Below, piece after piece: positions 27,315-39,796 of a stretch of 64,000 nt of DNA. The translations under genes and the position numbers were made by a program. Position 1 is the first letter of the stretch; every line of letters begins with the position of its first letter. Where the stretch lies: contig NW_018405746.1 in the NCBI RefSeq assembly GCF_002113885.1, positions 8,660 through 72,659 on the forward strand. Reading direction: 5' to 3'. The notes beneath the pieces were generated by a model. It was not told the origin of the DNA and ran no database searches. It worked only from the letters and a program-made list of their open reading frames with translations. Origin of the DNA: Mizuhopecten yessoensis (taxonomy: Eukaryota).

Positions 27315-29527
27315 ATGGCCAGCCGTTATCTCACCCGTATATCCTCCAGATTTGGAGCACAGATGAAACCATGGCGGACATCAAATGTGACATTTGCTGT
27401 CTTTCAGCGGTGTACACAAAATAACATCTCTGTCACAGCACCCAAATGTTTGTCTACAACACCCGCCAGAATGTGTATAGTGCAGACCAAGTTTGAGGCT
27501 TTCAATGTTCAGGATACAGAAGACTACAAGAAGAGAGTGATGGAAAGTGATATCCCAGTTGTTGTTGACTTCCATGCTTCGTAAGTGGTTGAATTTCATT
27601 CTCCTTACGAAAGTTTCAATTACCTGTAATGATCACTCTTTCACTGAGAACAAGTCTTTTTAGGTTGTCCCTATAGCATTTGGACTCAATCTTAATGTGC
27701 ATTTACAAACAGAGACTTTGAATCCGATTCTGATATTGGTCTTGACACCTTAGCTTTATAAAATAAAAAAGGCTTGCATGGCACTAAAATCTAGCATAGG
27801 TAGCTATATGGGAAGTAGAAACATGTGTTTAGCCTCTCTGGTACTTTTTTAGACTTGATAATTTGATCAATGTGTATGATCTTCTTACTACAAATCTGGA
27901 ATGATCCTTTTATGATCAGCTTAACCCTTTCACCACTGTGGACCATAATGTACTCATCCATATCAATGCATGGTAGAGTCTACTAAGTTACATAGGGGTG
28001 AAAAGGGTTAAAGTGAAATCTTCATCAACATTGGTATCTAAGCATAATTTCCATAGCCTCATAAACTGACAGACATAAATGTATTTTGACTGTTTTTTAT
28101 CAGGTGGTGTGGTCCATGTAAGCTGTTAGGCCCACGCTTAGAATCTCTCATCTCAAGTAAAGGAGGAAAGGTTGCCCTAGCAAAAGTGGATGTGGATGAA
28201 AACACAGACTTGGCCATTGAATATGGGGTAAGGCAGTCCTTGACTATTAATTGGCAGTAATGAGATGGCTATTGAGTTTGGGATCATGGGGAATAACAGT
28301 GCATGGGTGTTGAAAATGGGACAAGTCTGTCCTTGTCTATTGAATATTGGGTAAGGATATGTACTTTGACAATGGGGTAGGTCAATACTTGGCTATTTAT
28401 TATTGGATAAATAAGTTCTTGGCTATTGAATATGGGGTAAGATGGTATTGGTCTATTTATTGAAGATGTGTAAGGTAGAACTTGGCTGTTGAATTTGGGA
28501 TGAGGTGGTACATAACAGTTATGAGTATGGGCCATGGGGCAAGTAAAAACTTGACTATTGAATATGGGGTAAATTTGTACTTTGCTATTGAATGTTGGAT
28601 AACTTATAACTTGGTTATTGAATATAGGGTTAGGCTGTATATATGTGGCTATTGAATATGGGGTAAGTCAAAACTTGGCTATTAAATATGGGGTAACTTA
28701 GAACTTAGCTACTGAATGTTTGGCAAGTTAGAACTTGGTTATATAGTATGGGGTAATGTGGCGATTGGCTGTTGGGTAAGGCACAAATATTACAACTGAA
28801 ACCTGTCTACACTAGACACCACAGAGACCTTATCGATATGTTTCCATTTGTAAAAGATAACTTTTCCCAGTAAACCTTGAGACCTAGATGGTTTTTTTTT
28901 AATTATTGGATTCAGTAGGGTCCTGATTAAACAAGAACATACATGTACTAGACAATATCAGAAATTGGTTTCAGAAACTAAGACCCCAAATTCTTGACCT
29001 TGCAAATTTAAGTTCTACACAGTATAACATTGCCAGAGTGATTGCTTGAGATTATTTAAAAACTTTACAAGCTTTCTACAAGCATTTTGATATTCATATT
29101 CTATTTTTTTCAGGAAACTTAAATTCATTATGTTCCATATATTTTTTTGGTAATGTAAATAATGTAAAGACTTGTTTTCTTCACTTTCGGTTCTCAAAAT
29201 AAGTAATATTTCTAACATTACAAAATCCTTTTTAGATATTATAAAGTGCAGTATTTCAGATTTTGATAGTATTATTATAGTACTTGTTTGAAATTTAATA
29301 GCCTAAAAAGATAAATATAGAAACTAAAATGCGAAGGAAGATATTCATAAACATACTATGTCTTCAGAAAATGATGACATTTTACAGATTTGTTTTCTTC
29401 TCCAAAATTGCAGGTTAACAGTGTACCTACGGTCCTTGGAGTAAAAGATGGACAAGTTCTGGATAAATTTATCGGACTACAAGAGGATGATGTACTAAAT
29501 ACATTTATTGAGAAGTTGATCTGCTGA
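27315..29527 (+). CDS. TXN2: Mitochondrial thioredoxin
   Basis: Exons 27315-27580, 28104-28227 and 29414-29527. An Arg/Ser/Thr-rich N-terminal presequence is followed by FNVQD...[22 protein letters not shown]...AKVDVDENTDLAIEYGVNSVPTV...KFIG. A candidate polyA signal AATAAA is at about 30431. Confidence 0.95.
27921..28011. mobile_element. About 90-bp TTAA-flanked MITE (piggyBac-like ends)
   Basis: TTAA-CCCTTTCACC...GGTGAAAAGGG-TTAA. Confidence 0.65.
28208..28785 (+). repeat. Degenerate about 30-bp minisatellite derived from the TXN2 exon/intron junction
   Basis: The consensus is CTTGGCTATTGAATATGGGGTAAG(N6), in about 18-19 copies. The first copy is the real exon end plus donor. Confidence 0.85.
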
Positions 29528-29741
29528 GTGGTCAGGGCAATGTAAGGAGAGATTGAGCTAACATATAACATGGACAATAACTGGGAAGTTGTTCCCTGAG
29601 AGGTCTGAGGAGTGTAAGGAGAGATTGAGCTCACATGTAACATCGACAATAACTGGGATGTTGTTCCCTGAGAGGTCTGAGGAGTGTAAGGAGAGATTGA
29701 GCTCACATGTAATATCGACAAGAACTGGAAAATTTGATCCC
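29510..29741 (+). repeat. 72-bp tandem repeat (about 3 copies) starting at the TXN2 stop codon
   Basis: TGTAAGGAGAGATTGAGCT occurs at 29541, 29613 and 29685. Confidence 0.9.
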
Positions 29742-30825
29742 AAAATTACAGAAATTATGTGAGACTTTACTTGAAATTGCAAAAAAAATGAATTTTAACC
29801 AAGACTTTTTTAAACACAAACTTTTCTTAGGTACTTGTAAGCAATATATGACTTGAGACCTTCTATGTAGATCTATAAAATTATTTTGGATTTGTATTTT
29901 GTGCAAAAAAAGAAGAAGGTTTTTGCTTCAGCATTAGAATTTTCATTTGTGTTGTGAGGAACAACTTTTCCAAGTATCCAATTTTGTTTATAAAATATAT
30001 TTCCAATAATTTTTGTTCAAACGAGAGTATTATTTTCGCTTCATTTATGAGCATCTGTCCATGGCCAGTCTGCATCATTTTCTGGATAACTTTAAAAAGA
30101 TTTAATAGTTCAGTGTTTTTCTGGGGACTTTTTGGTGCCGATAATGGGCCCCATTCGCAATTGAAATTGTTTCCCATTTACACCTAATTACAAAAATTTG
30201 CAGTTTACTCCTTAAAGATTTCTTCTCGTGCGGTATATTTTCTTTCCAAAATAAGACAAAAAGGCCCCATCCCAAATTAACAAAAATAAAATACTGGGGT
30301 AATACTTTTGTCAATTTCATTAGAATAGTAAAGGTGTGTAAGTGTTAAGTTATTTATGAAATCATATATTGGGCATTAAAATCATGTTGTCACAAAGATG
30401 TTGTATGGACTTTTACAAACTCATTGTGATAATAAACATGAGAAGTGCTATTTTGACAAATGATTACTGTTTATTGAATAATACTTAACGTGACTGCAGT
30501 TTGATTTGTGTTACCTTCATAGTTTTTTTCAATAGATGAATCAATGAATTGTGAATTTAACATGCTTCATGAATATGCCTGATTTTATTACAGTATGTTT
30601 ACCATTGTTACTGCTAAAATCCATTTTTTGTACCATAGGGTTGAGTGTCACACTGTTTGACTGAAAAAAGAAAGTTTTGTTTCAAAGTATCTTACAGAAC
30701 TTCATCAGCCCATCACCACAATATAGATCATGAATTTATCAAGCAGCATGAATATGGTATGCACAATTTCATGAAAACATTACCCTGTAGTACAGTTGTA
30801 TATTACATAGTTGGGTATCATAGGC

Positions 30826-31617
30826 TTTTAGGTCACCTGAGCTTTGCTCAAGTGACCTATTCTAATGGCTTGTCGTCCGTCGTGCGTAAACTTTTTACCT
30901 TTTCAACTTCTTCTCAAGAACAAGTGGATGGATTTTTTTTCAAACTTGGTAAAAATCATCCTTGGTAGATGAGGCTACAAAATTGTAAATTTGGAATTCC
31001 TACCCCAACCCCTGGGGCCAGGGTGGGGGCCCAGAGGGAAAATTAACCAATATTTCAAAAATCTTCTTCTCCAGACTCAGAGGTACTACAGTCATTTTCT
31101 CTGCATGTAAAGAAAGATCATCAGGGGCTTTACTTAAATTGTAAATTTCAGGACCTCCGAGCTGTTCATTCTCCCTTGAGGAGGGGGTAAAGTTTACTAT
31201 AGTTTATATAGGGAAATAACACTTTTGGGTATATTTTGACAACTTTCTGTACGAAATTATTTTTACTTGGTGAGAATTATCCTTGGAAGAAGATGGTTTC
31301 AAATTGTAAAATTGAAATTCCTACCCCAACCCTAGGGGCCAGGGCAGGGCCCCAAAGGGAAAATTAACCAATATTTCAAAAAAATTCTCCTCCAGACTCA
31401 GAGGTTCTACATTTTTTTTCTCTGCATGGAAAGAAAATCATCAGGGGCTTTATTTGAATCGTAAATTTCAGGACCCCCGAGCTATCCATTCTCCCTTGGG
31501 GAGGGGGTAAAGTTTACTATAGTTTATATAGGGAAATAACACTTTTGGGTATATTTTGACAANAATAAAGCTACCAGTACCTATGATATAACTCAGGTGA
31601 CCGCTAAGGCTCTAGTT
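30826..31617 (+). mobile_element. Helentron-associated non-autonomous element (HINE) with internal tandem array
   Basis: It starts in a T-run with the 5' hairpin AGGTCACCTGAGC-TTT-GCTCAAGTGACCT and a GTCC/GTC microsatellite. About 320-bp internal repeats begin at about 30946 and 31267. The 3' subTIR is CTCAGGTGACC and the end is CTAGTT. There is an N at 31563. Confidence 0.85.
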
Positions 31618-32719
31618 TGTATGATAGATCTGACAATTTGTTCAGATAAACTATAGGATGGTGATAATTTTCACAACAATTTGTAGTCTTTAAAAACTTT
31701 CAAAAAAGCATTTACAGGAAAAATTAAATAAATTATAAATACAAATAACATATACTAGTAGTAAATGGGGGAGGGTTTCCCCCGGATCAGGACAATCTCT
31801 ATTCCCAAGCCCTTTGCAGAGAAGAGGCTGTAAGTATTACTGCTTTAGGGGGGCTTTGGGCTTTACCCCAAGCTTTCACAAAGTCCTGTATCTGTATCTG
31901 TGAATCAGTATTATAGTTGCCAGTAACATACTAATTATACATAAGGTTTCTACATCTAACCAAGGTTTACAATCATGGAACTACTTGGTATATATATTGG
32001 TACACATGTATTGATCAAAATTCAGGATTAGCAAGGATGAATTTTTCTATGTATATGAAAAAAATATTTGTATTGCATAAAGTTTACACCACCAAAGTAA
32101 TCCACCGTATGGTTAAACTCTGTTTCTGATTTTCTTTTACCGGGTACATACAAGGTTATCTACATGTAATATAAATGTATAATGCATTTCTGTTCCGGAA
32201 TCAGAGTCGTGTGAAATGGGTCCGATGTGCTCAATAGTGTTCTTAAAGTCCCAAAACTGGTTATTTGTTGTTTAACTAGCTTTTGTGACATTTATTTTTT
32301 TCATTTCTAAACATTTATGTTTTATGATTGTATGATGTCAGGATAAAGTCCCTAGACCAACAGCACTCTACTCCCACTCCTTACTACCTAGTAAAATTCA
32401 GTGAGGACTATCACAAAATACATATGATATAGTACAGTACTTTTCTCTTTCTAAAGAGAACATGGACCAGCAATAAATCTTATGTGAGTAGTATTAGTTG
32501 ATACACACTTTTACTTTCGATGTGCAGACGGATCATCTGTGTATCAGTGTAAAAATTTGATGTTAAAAGTCTGATTCACAAGCCCCTGTGATGAAAACCG
32601 AATGAATCTGTACACCATTCTGTGTTTCAGCTTTGATGCTAGAAGTCTGTTATGTCAGTCCATGTGATGAAATTCACAGCCACCTGTAATGTTTAATGAT
32701 TTTTGTTTAAGATAAAAAT

Positions 32720-34450
32720 CAAATTCAATTTCTTTATTAAATTAAAGCTTTTCAGTATACATACAACAATTAAATACAAAGGCAGACACTGCAATAATGC
32801 AACAGAGGATGGTTAGAATATAGTTACATACAGTTTACCATTACATCGTGGTCTTTCTTTATTGAGTTACGCCATATATATATAGATTTTCCTGAACATG
32901 GTTAATTCCTTTTAATAAGTTGTATATATTTAGTGTATTAGCTTGAAGACAGATGGATTATTTTATTTACGAGTTCCTGTGATAAGAGCAACAGGAGCAT
33001 TGTCTAGTCAAGAGTGAATCAAACTGGTGTTACAAGGGACAGTACCTACATGTATAACTCAAACACGTTAGCTGCGTAATCTGATCTCGTGCTGCCAGCC
33101 CCGGCCAGTAAACTTTATTTCTGTGGTGCTTAATCTTCTCTTCAATCACTTTCAGATTTCATGCAAAAAATTTCACCACCAAGTTCATTTGGGTTTTTAC
33201 AAATTGTTTCTTCTATCTAACAGGAATATTCTTTTGAAATACTTGCTTAAATTTCCAATTTTATTTTTAAGATTTTTTTGTATTTTTTTCTGTGGAGTTT
33301 TTTCTTCATTTATCAGTATTTTTCTATTATAGAATGTTTGAAAACAAAGGGATCTCAAAATTTGTTTGATGGTATGCAAGGTGGTAAAAGAAACAAGAGG
33401 CATTAAATTGAGGTTTTACTGATTTTCAAATTACAAACAAATTTTTAATTTTTGTAAAAATATTTGACATTTTCAAAAAAAGAGATTAGATTAAACTACA
33501 TATCACCAAATTTTTCTTGAATTTATAATTAAACAGATTTTTTTGCTCCATGTTATACTTTGCCTTTGAAATATGTCAGCTTTACCTATTTAGCCATGTG
33601 TTTATACCTATATCATGTGATGGTGTCAATTATCAGATTGTCGGTTCAAGATTGAAATCAATATGTTATGAATATGCACTATTTGTATGATGTTTGAAAT
33701 ACCAAATAAGAAAACTAACATACATGTTTTTAATTAAATATTTTTGCTCAGCTACAGCAAAATATGGCAAGTTTATGCCATCGATGGGATGTCATCCATA
33801 ACTTTCAAAGAGGCATCCTAGGCCTTGATTGGGCCCAATAGGGAAAAAAATAATACTCCAAATATTGCTTAATATGATTAAACTACTTCTTAAGTCAGAG
33901 TGAAGGAATTTTGATGCAATTTGGTGTGAAGCATTCCTAGACCAATATTAACGAAAGGTGTGAGACCTTGTAAACAGAAATGTGGAACTATAGGAGAACA
34001 CCTTGAAAAGACCACTCCCCACTACAGGCCAAGGGAATTCAAAGTTTCAAAAAGAAGGGTATTGCCCCATGGGGTTGAAGCTGTTTGGAAGCTCAAAAAG
34101 GAAACGTACTTGTTAACTTGAAGAAATAGAAATTGTAAACCCAAGAAAGATGAAGAGAGAGAGAAATAGAAATTACAACCTGATAGAGAGAAAAAACGAA
34201 AATTAGGTAGAAGCACAGGAGGTCTTTATTTATTTGTATTAGGTATTTATTTCCTCATTTGTTCATATCCAGAGGCAAATACAGTAAGTTTTAACAAGAT
34301 TACCAACACTAGCTAGTCATCACTGTAGGTATGAACCAGATTTTTTTTATCTCGTATACCAAAGATATCTATGAGAGAAAAGGGTATTTTTACTTACCTT
34401 GGTGATCTACGTCCCGCTTCGGTGCCGACATTTGTTATCTCTCTAAACCG
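32720..34450 (-). other. Candidate small spliced transcript (lncRNA or micropeptide gene)
   Basis: A strong donor AAG|GTAAGT at 34398/34397 follows ATG TCG GCA CCG AAG. An internal exon at 34179-34110 has a strong acceptor. Another acceptor lies near 33217, and there is a minus-strand AATAAA at about 32733-32738. Confidence 0.4.
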
Positions 34451-36372
34451 ATACACCACTTGTGAGGATATACGGTGAATAAATAGAGAGAAAAAAAAGT
34501 GTTTGAAGAAATTTCTCAACCATCAGTCAAAAGTGGTATTTCGTATTTTCTTACACCGAACATTTACACGTACGGACTTCGAGGGAATCATTTATTCATT
34601 TTAAAGTATCTGCTGCACTTCATCTCATCAAACTGAAGAAAGAAAAGAAAAAGCAGTTCTAATTGGAATTTATTTCAAAATGCTTCGAATGGAGTGTGAC
34701 GGGGAGCTTTGCGTGAAAAAAAAATCAAATATCAAAACAGCGGGCTTAACACATCTCCCTCTGGAATTCCTGCAGTAAGTTTATATCGTAAAATGTTAGT
34801 GATTTACCTATAAAATAATATTAAAATTAAAATGCCAAGTACATCTTACTTATTTACTTGTAGACTGTCATATACCTTATATTGTCAAGGTCACATCTAA
34901 GTTCAAGGTTAATGACGAATTTTTTTGAGACGAATACACATGACCTTCTGAGGAGAGGTGACATCCGAAAGAAGATCTTACAAGCGAAGCACGATGTATC
35001 AGTTAAAGCTGATTCTCGTTGTAATGTTTGATCTCGTCTGAAGGTTGATGAACAGACCTGATACATTATTAGATTATCCATTATACAAACAATTCAGACT
35101 GGTATAAGTATGACCTTCAGCATTTTGTTGTTGTTCCTAAACATCAAGTTTATTGGTCAGCGCCACTTAACACAACACTCGATGTCTTACGAATGGATTC
35201 AGAGAGAACTTCAATGTGATGAAAACATCAATACAAACACTTAGCGTATTACAGAAATCGTGATTCCACAGGGATCACGTGACCAGGTGTTCATTTCCCA
35301 TCAATCTGAATTATAAATATCGACCACATGTGACATATACTTAAAAGCATTGCTATTATGTCCAAGTTTTAAAGTGTATGGTAGACTTGTTCCCGATTCC
35401 TCCGCTTTTTTGTTTAAATCATCGGGAGCAGACTTTGTTCGAAGGATTACATAGTCTGCTTCTGGGTAGTATCGGCGGTATTTACCTGTTTATCAGCTGT
35501 ATTTTCACCTGAGGTTAACTATTATTATTATTTACGGGTATGAGACCATAATAATCATTCCAACGGGTCTCCGTGTTGTGCTGGTTTGAACGGAACCATT
35601 TCTACACCAACTGCGAGAGCTCCACGTTTAATTGCTACCAACCCCTGCCTTCAAATGGGACACTCGACCGCTTAAGCCTTATATACATGCATTGTATAAG
35701 CTAACGAGGAAACGTTAGACCGCGTGACTTTTATTATTTTACTGCCCAAAATAGAGGTCAGTTAATGGTAGACAGTCATGATAAGGACATTAATACTGAC
35801 CACTGGCCAGCATCTGCTACTGGGCAGATTTTGCATTCCTAATCGTAAAATTGATTTGTATGTGGGCAGTGATATTTACTTTTAATTCCGTAGGTGAATA
35901 GGATTATTTGAAAATTAATTATCTTGGCCCAACATGTGTTGAAATTGACAGACTTATTTGAAATGACAGAGGTGTAAATGCTACGGACGCAGATTTACCT
36001 CTATCGTCGAAACAACGAGCTGTACATTTGAAGCTGATCATAAAGAATCAGATACAAACGAGACGAAATATTGATGTTACTTACTAATACATCTAAAACT
36101 GGACACATGGAGTTATGTTTGAAAGCTTGAATTGGAGGTAGAGTATATTTAGTTTATATTCAGCTACGTGAAAATCTGGCACATTTTATAGGATAACTTT
36201 TTTGTCTCATTTTTTAAATAAAACTTGAACACGAGATTTTAAAGAAATGTTAGTTTAATTGATTAAAGTGATTTTTATAACTATATATTTTTATAGTTAT
36301 ATCCTTAGGAAGGAATGGAAGCATTACGAACAAACAGGTATAAAACGTTTTCGTAAATACAAAACAAGGCAG

Positions 36373-36373
<1 letters not shown>

Positions 36374-36403
<30 letters not shown>
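36374..36403. repeat. (CA)n microsatellite
   Basis: Directly visible. Confidence 0.95.
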
Positions 36404-36405
<2 letters not shown>

Positions 36406-37469
36406 GCCTTATACAGTTTCCGAACTAACATAGTTTCACTGTCAGAAGCATTTCCATACGAATAACACATTGTGTAATGTATCGTTTTTAAACCCTTTTA
36501 ATATCAGTTACATACAGGTTACAAATAGAGTGTCACTAAAGTAAACTAACAAGAATTCTGGATTAATCGTACTGTATTTACCTTATTGGCCTCAGTAAAT
36601 AATGCAATCACAAGTTTCATAAGTAGTAGGTCAATAATGGAAATGATTACTGTGCAGTAGCTAAGAGGACTTGTAACTGGTACGAGTTAATACATTCACG
36701 TACAATCTCCTTTCGTGTTTAGAACAGAAAAATCAATATTTATTTTAAGTTTATACATTTTCTTCAAAGATTTACAGAAATTGTAATTCCTGACTTGAAC
36801 TCACTTAATTTCAGAGATGGTCATTGTTATGAAACCGCTTACAGTATAAGTATTTGTGATCGAGGTGAAGCATTCTTGTGGATTTAAACAAATACGTGTG
36901 TGCTTGGAATTAATTTTGACGCAATATATTGACGTGGAAAACATTTCAGAAAATGAAAAGAAAAATCTATACATTGGAGATACTTTAGAAGCTATGGAGG
37001 TATAGCTATGTGAATGTACTGCTCTTGTCATTCAAAGGGTTCCAAAATACCTGACGTAACTCATACATTAACAAATTTTGGAAACTCGTTCACGAATTCC
37101 TTGATGTGTTTACTGACATTTCTGACCTCCACTCACCCCTTTTCTGAAAACAGAGACCAGTATTTTTTTACGGATGCCCATGTTCACACGTACCGCCGGA
37201 CAATGCGACCGTCAGTAGAAACACACGGTTAACTTGGTTTGAGTCATTTTAGTGTAGACTCGCAGTATTTGTTTTCATAAACATGTTTCATTTATCATGT
37301 CAACATTTAACAGTCGATTCATGGCTGAGCATCAAGAAGGAACGCCAAAACCTCTTTTAATTAACAGTAACGCTGTAAACACAACACAGTGTCAGATTTT
37401 GTTCGTGTGTCCTTCTTTGACCGGATGTGCAAAAGAGTACACACAGTTCTATTTTCAAGACAGGAAGCT

Positions 37470-37698
37470 GATGACAAAAGAACTTTCTGTCCCATAGGAG
37501 TCGAGGTGCGACATGGCATATGAGCGGACGAAGGCCAAGTATCTCGAGCTTCTAGACCAGAGCAGAAGCTACGATTGGAAAACATGGTTTTACCCGATTG
37601 AGATTGGCGCCAAAGGATTACTCGCACACTCTGTGTGGGGAATGCTAAATGTCCTAGGGATCAAAGGAGGCATGAGAAAGCTGAACAGTAGTGCTTGA
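37470..37698 (+). mobile_element. Relic of a Hero-like non-LTR retrotransposon restriction-like endonuclease domain
   Basis: ELSVP*E...AYERTKAKYLEL...WKTWFYPIEIGAKG matches the ELTVPWE...ERK..KY..L...PIEVG.RG pattern of RLE-type elements; it has an in-frame stop. Confidence 0.7.
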
Positions 37699-39226
37699 TA
37701 AGCACTGTGGTTCCAGGGCCCGGAGAGCGTCAGATGCAGTGAAATTTATTTTTTAGCAAATTGTACACTTTAAAGGTTCAAACCTCTTTGTATGTGTTTA
37801 CATATATCAACTGTGTACCAATAACAGAACCTTGTTGCACACTTGTAATTATATCAAAACTGGATCAAGAACGGAACCTTGTTGCAAACATGTAATTACT
37901 GTATATCAAAAGTGGACAAAAACAGAACCGTGTTGGACCAAGAACTCACAAATAATTGGGTAAACGCACATGCCCTCTGCTTCAATAATAATTTACAGTT
38001 TTTAGAGAAAACTTCCAGTTGGCTGTGGGTCAAGAAGGAAGAGACATGGCAGCGTACCACTGACCCGTAGTGCCCGATTAGCACTGCGGTTCCACCGCCT
38101 GGAGAGTGTCCTGTGATTAAAGGATAAAACACTTGTTGATGGGCGGCTCCAATCTAATGAGTCAGTGGTTTTGTACTGCACACGCTGTATACAACACATT
38201 CAACACTATAATAACGTATTGGTATCGGACAGTGTTTTCCTAGAACACACACACACAAAACATGCTCAATTACAGCAAATATTGATTTGTACTCCTTGTT
38301 TTTTAAACACTGCTGTAAAAGCTAGAGGCGATAAAATTGTCTTTGCAAAATATATGATAAATGTTGGAAGACAACTTAATTATAACATCTATTATATTAG
38401 GCATTCTTTTGTTTCAAGATAACATCCGCTCTTAATTTTCTAAGGTGACAAATAAGCATATTCTGAATATTTCAAAGAGATCACCTGACCGATATTATAT
38501 TACTATGTTTTCAAGTCTAATCAATTGTGATATGAGCGAGATCTGTACATGTATATGCTATTCACTTTGTTTTTCCCGACTTTCTAACATGATTATTACA
38601 ACCGCAAAATTTACGTATTGTGTTTTTTATTTTATTTTTCAGAGTCGCTACGTCGCACGTTATCATTCACGGTTACCAACTACGTCATCCATTGTACACA
38701 GCTTACAGAGTCCGCGACGAAAATGAGAACCAACCCCTATTGCTCGCTAACTTGTTCTTCGTTTGGTAACACCCTACTTTGATTTTGCGAGAAGCTCCTT
38801 TGGGTATGTGGTCTTAATCTATATACATATGATTACTTCTAGTAAAGTCCACACTGGGACTGAAGCCTTTCATTCAACCATTCTGGTTAAGTTTAAAACA
38901 TAAAACAGTTTATGTATACTATGTTTTTAGTTACACTATACTGTTAAGCCTATGTACATGTTTAGATCTGCCTGTAACCACAGATAAAAAGTATGGTTGT
39001 TTTTCTCTATTAAGTAACGGTTTCTCTATGGGGAAATTTAGGTAAAGGAAAAATCGAAATTAACATGTTTCTTGAAAATTGAGTCCATTGTACTCGATTT
39101 ACCTTAACAAGTAGTATCCGACGGAAAATGTGTGAATTGGTATGACGACCAATCAGCGTCGTTATGTTTTTTTGTTTTTTTGTCAAAGTTTCTTTGACAC
39201 TATATACCTTATAATATTTTACTGCA

Positions 39227-39752
39227 GGTAGGGCGTAAGAATTGTACTTGCTGCCCCCAATTGCATGATCGTAAGAGGCGACTAAATTTGGGACCTTATC
39301 TCTTCTCTCCTTTCTAAATAACTTTCTTTTTCCTAATGTCTCCCTTGACAATGCCTCACTTTTGGCCATTTGTTGAGCGTTCGCCCCTGTGAGGAAGGCT
39401 TTGGGTTCTGTCCCCTGGCCGAGACATACCAAAGTCTTTAAAAATGGTAGTTTCTACTCCTGCTTAACGCTCAGCAAATAAGGAGTGGGACGACTGGTTC
39501 GCCCGTTGTCAGTATAATGTGACCGGGTGGGGCGTCCTGCTGGGTGTCTTCGGCAGTATGTTTCAGTGAGGTAGCACTATAAAGTCGGCATCAGTTCCGC
39601 GCTATCACAAGGAGACAAACACGAACATATCGCAGCCTCCCAAAATACACACACAAACACTACACGCATGTATCTTACACGCAGGGGAGGCCGTCCTTAA
39701 ATGACCTTAGCTGTTAATAGGACGTTAAACAAAATCAAACAAACAAACAAAC
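39227..39752 (+). mobile_element. Composite SINE with Nin-like central domain and (AAAC)n tail
   Basis: A degenerate tRNA-like part (GAGCGTTCGCC...GGGTTCTGTCCC) precedes the core GGTAGTTTCTACTCC...GCTCAGCA...GACTGGTT...GTCAGTATAATGTGACCGGGTGGG...TTCAGTGAGGTAGCACTATAAAG. The tail is GCTGTTAATAGGACGTTAAAC(AAAC)n. Confidence 0.8.
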
Positions 39753-39796
39753 TTAACAGTAGTCGATTTTTTAATTCAAGGAAGACGATACCCGAG

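Noticed and set aside
28208-28785. CRISPR-like array
   Set aside because: The context is a eukaryotic intron, the units are degenerate and contiguous with no unique spacers, and there are no cas genes.
29522-29545. TXN2 ends TGC-TGA (Cys-stop), suggesting a Cys-Sec readthrough
   Set aside because: The stop is at the normal thioredoxin-2 C-terminal position, and I could not see a convincing SECIS in the 3' UTR.
29356-29782. Minus-strand ORFs with repeated peptides
   Set aside because: They are antisense translations of the 72-bp repeat and the last TXN2 exon.
33120-33150. U6-like AGAGAAGATTAAGCA on the minus strand
   Set aside because: The match is short and the rest of U6/U6atac is absent.
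34240-34325. C/D-box snoRNA in the candidate transcript's intron (GTGATGA on minus)
   Set aside because: There is no CTGA D box at a suitable distance and no terminal stem.
39701-39796. ORF-track N-terminal extension of the GPCR
   Set aside because: It is encoded by the SINE tail and intron upstream of a good acceptor at 39780.
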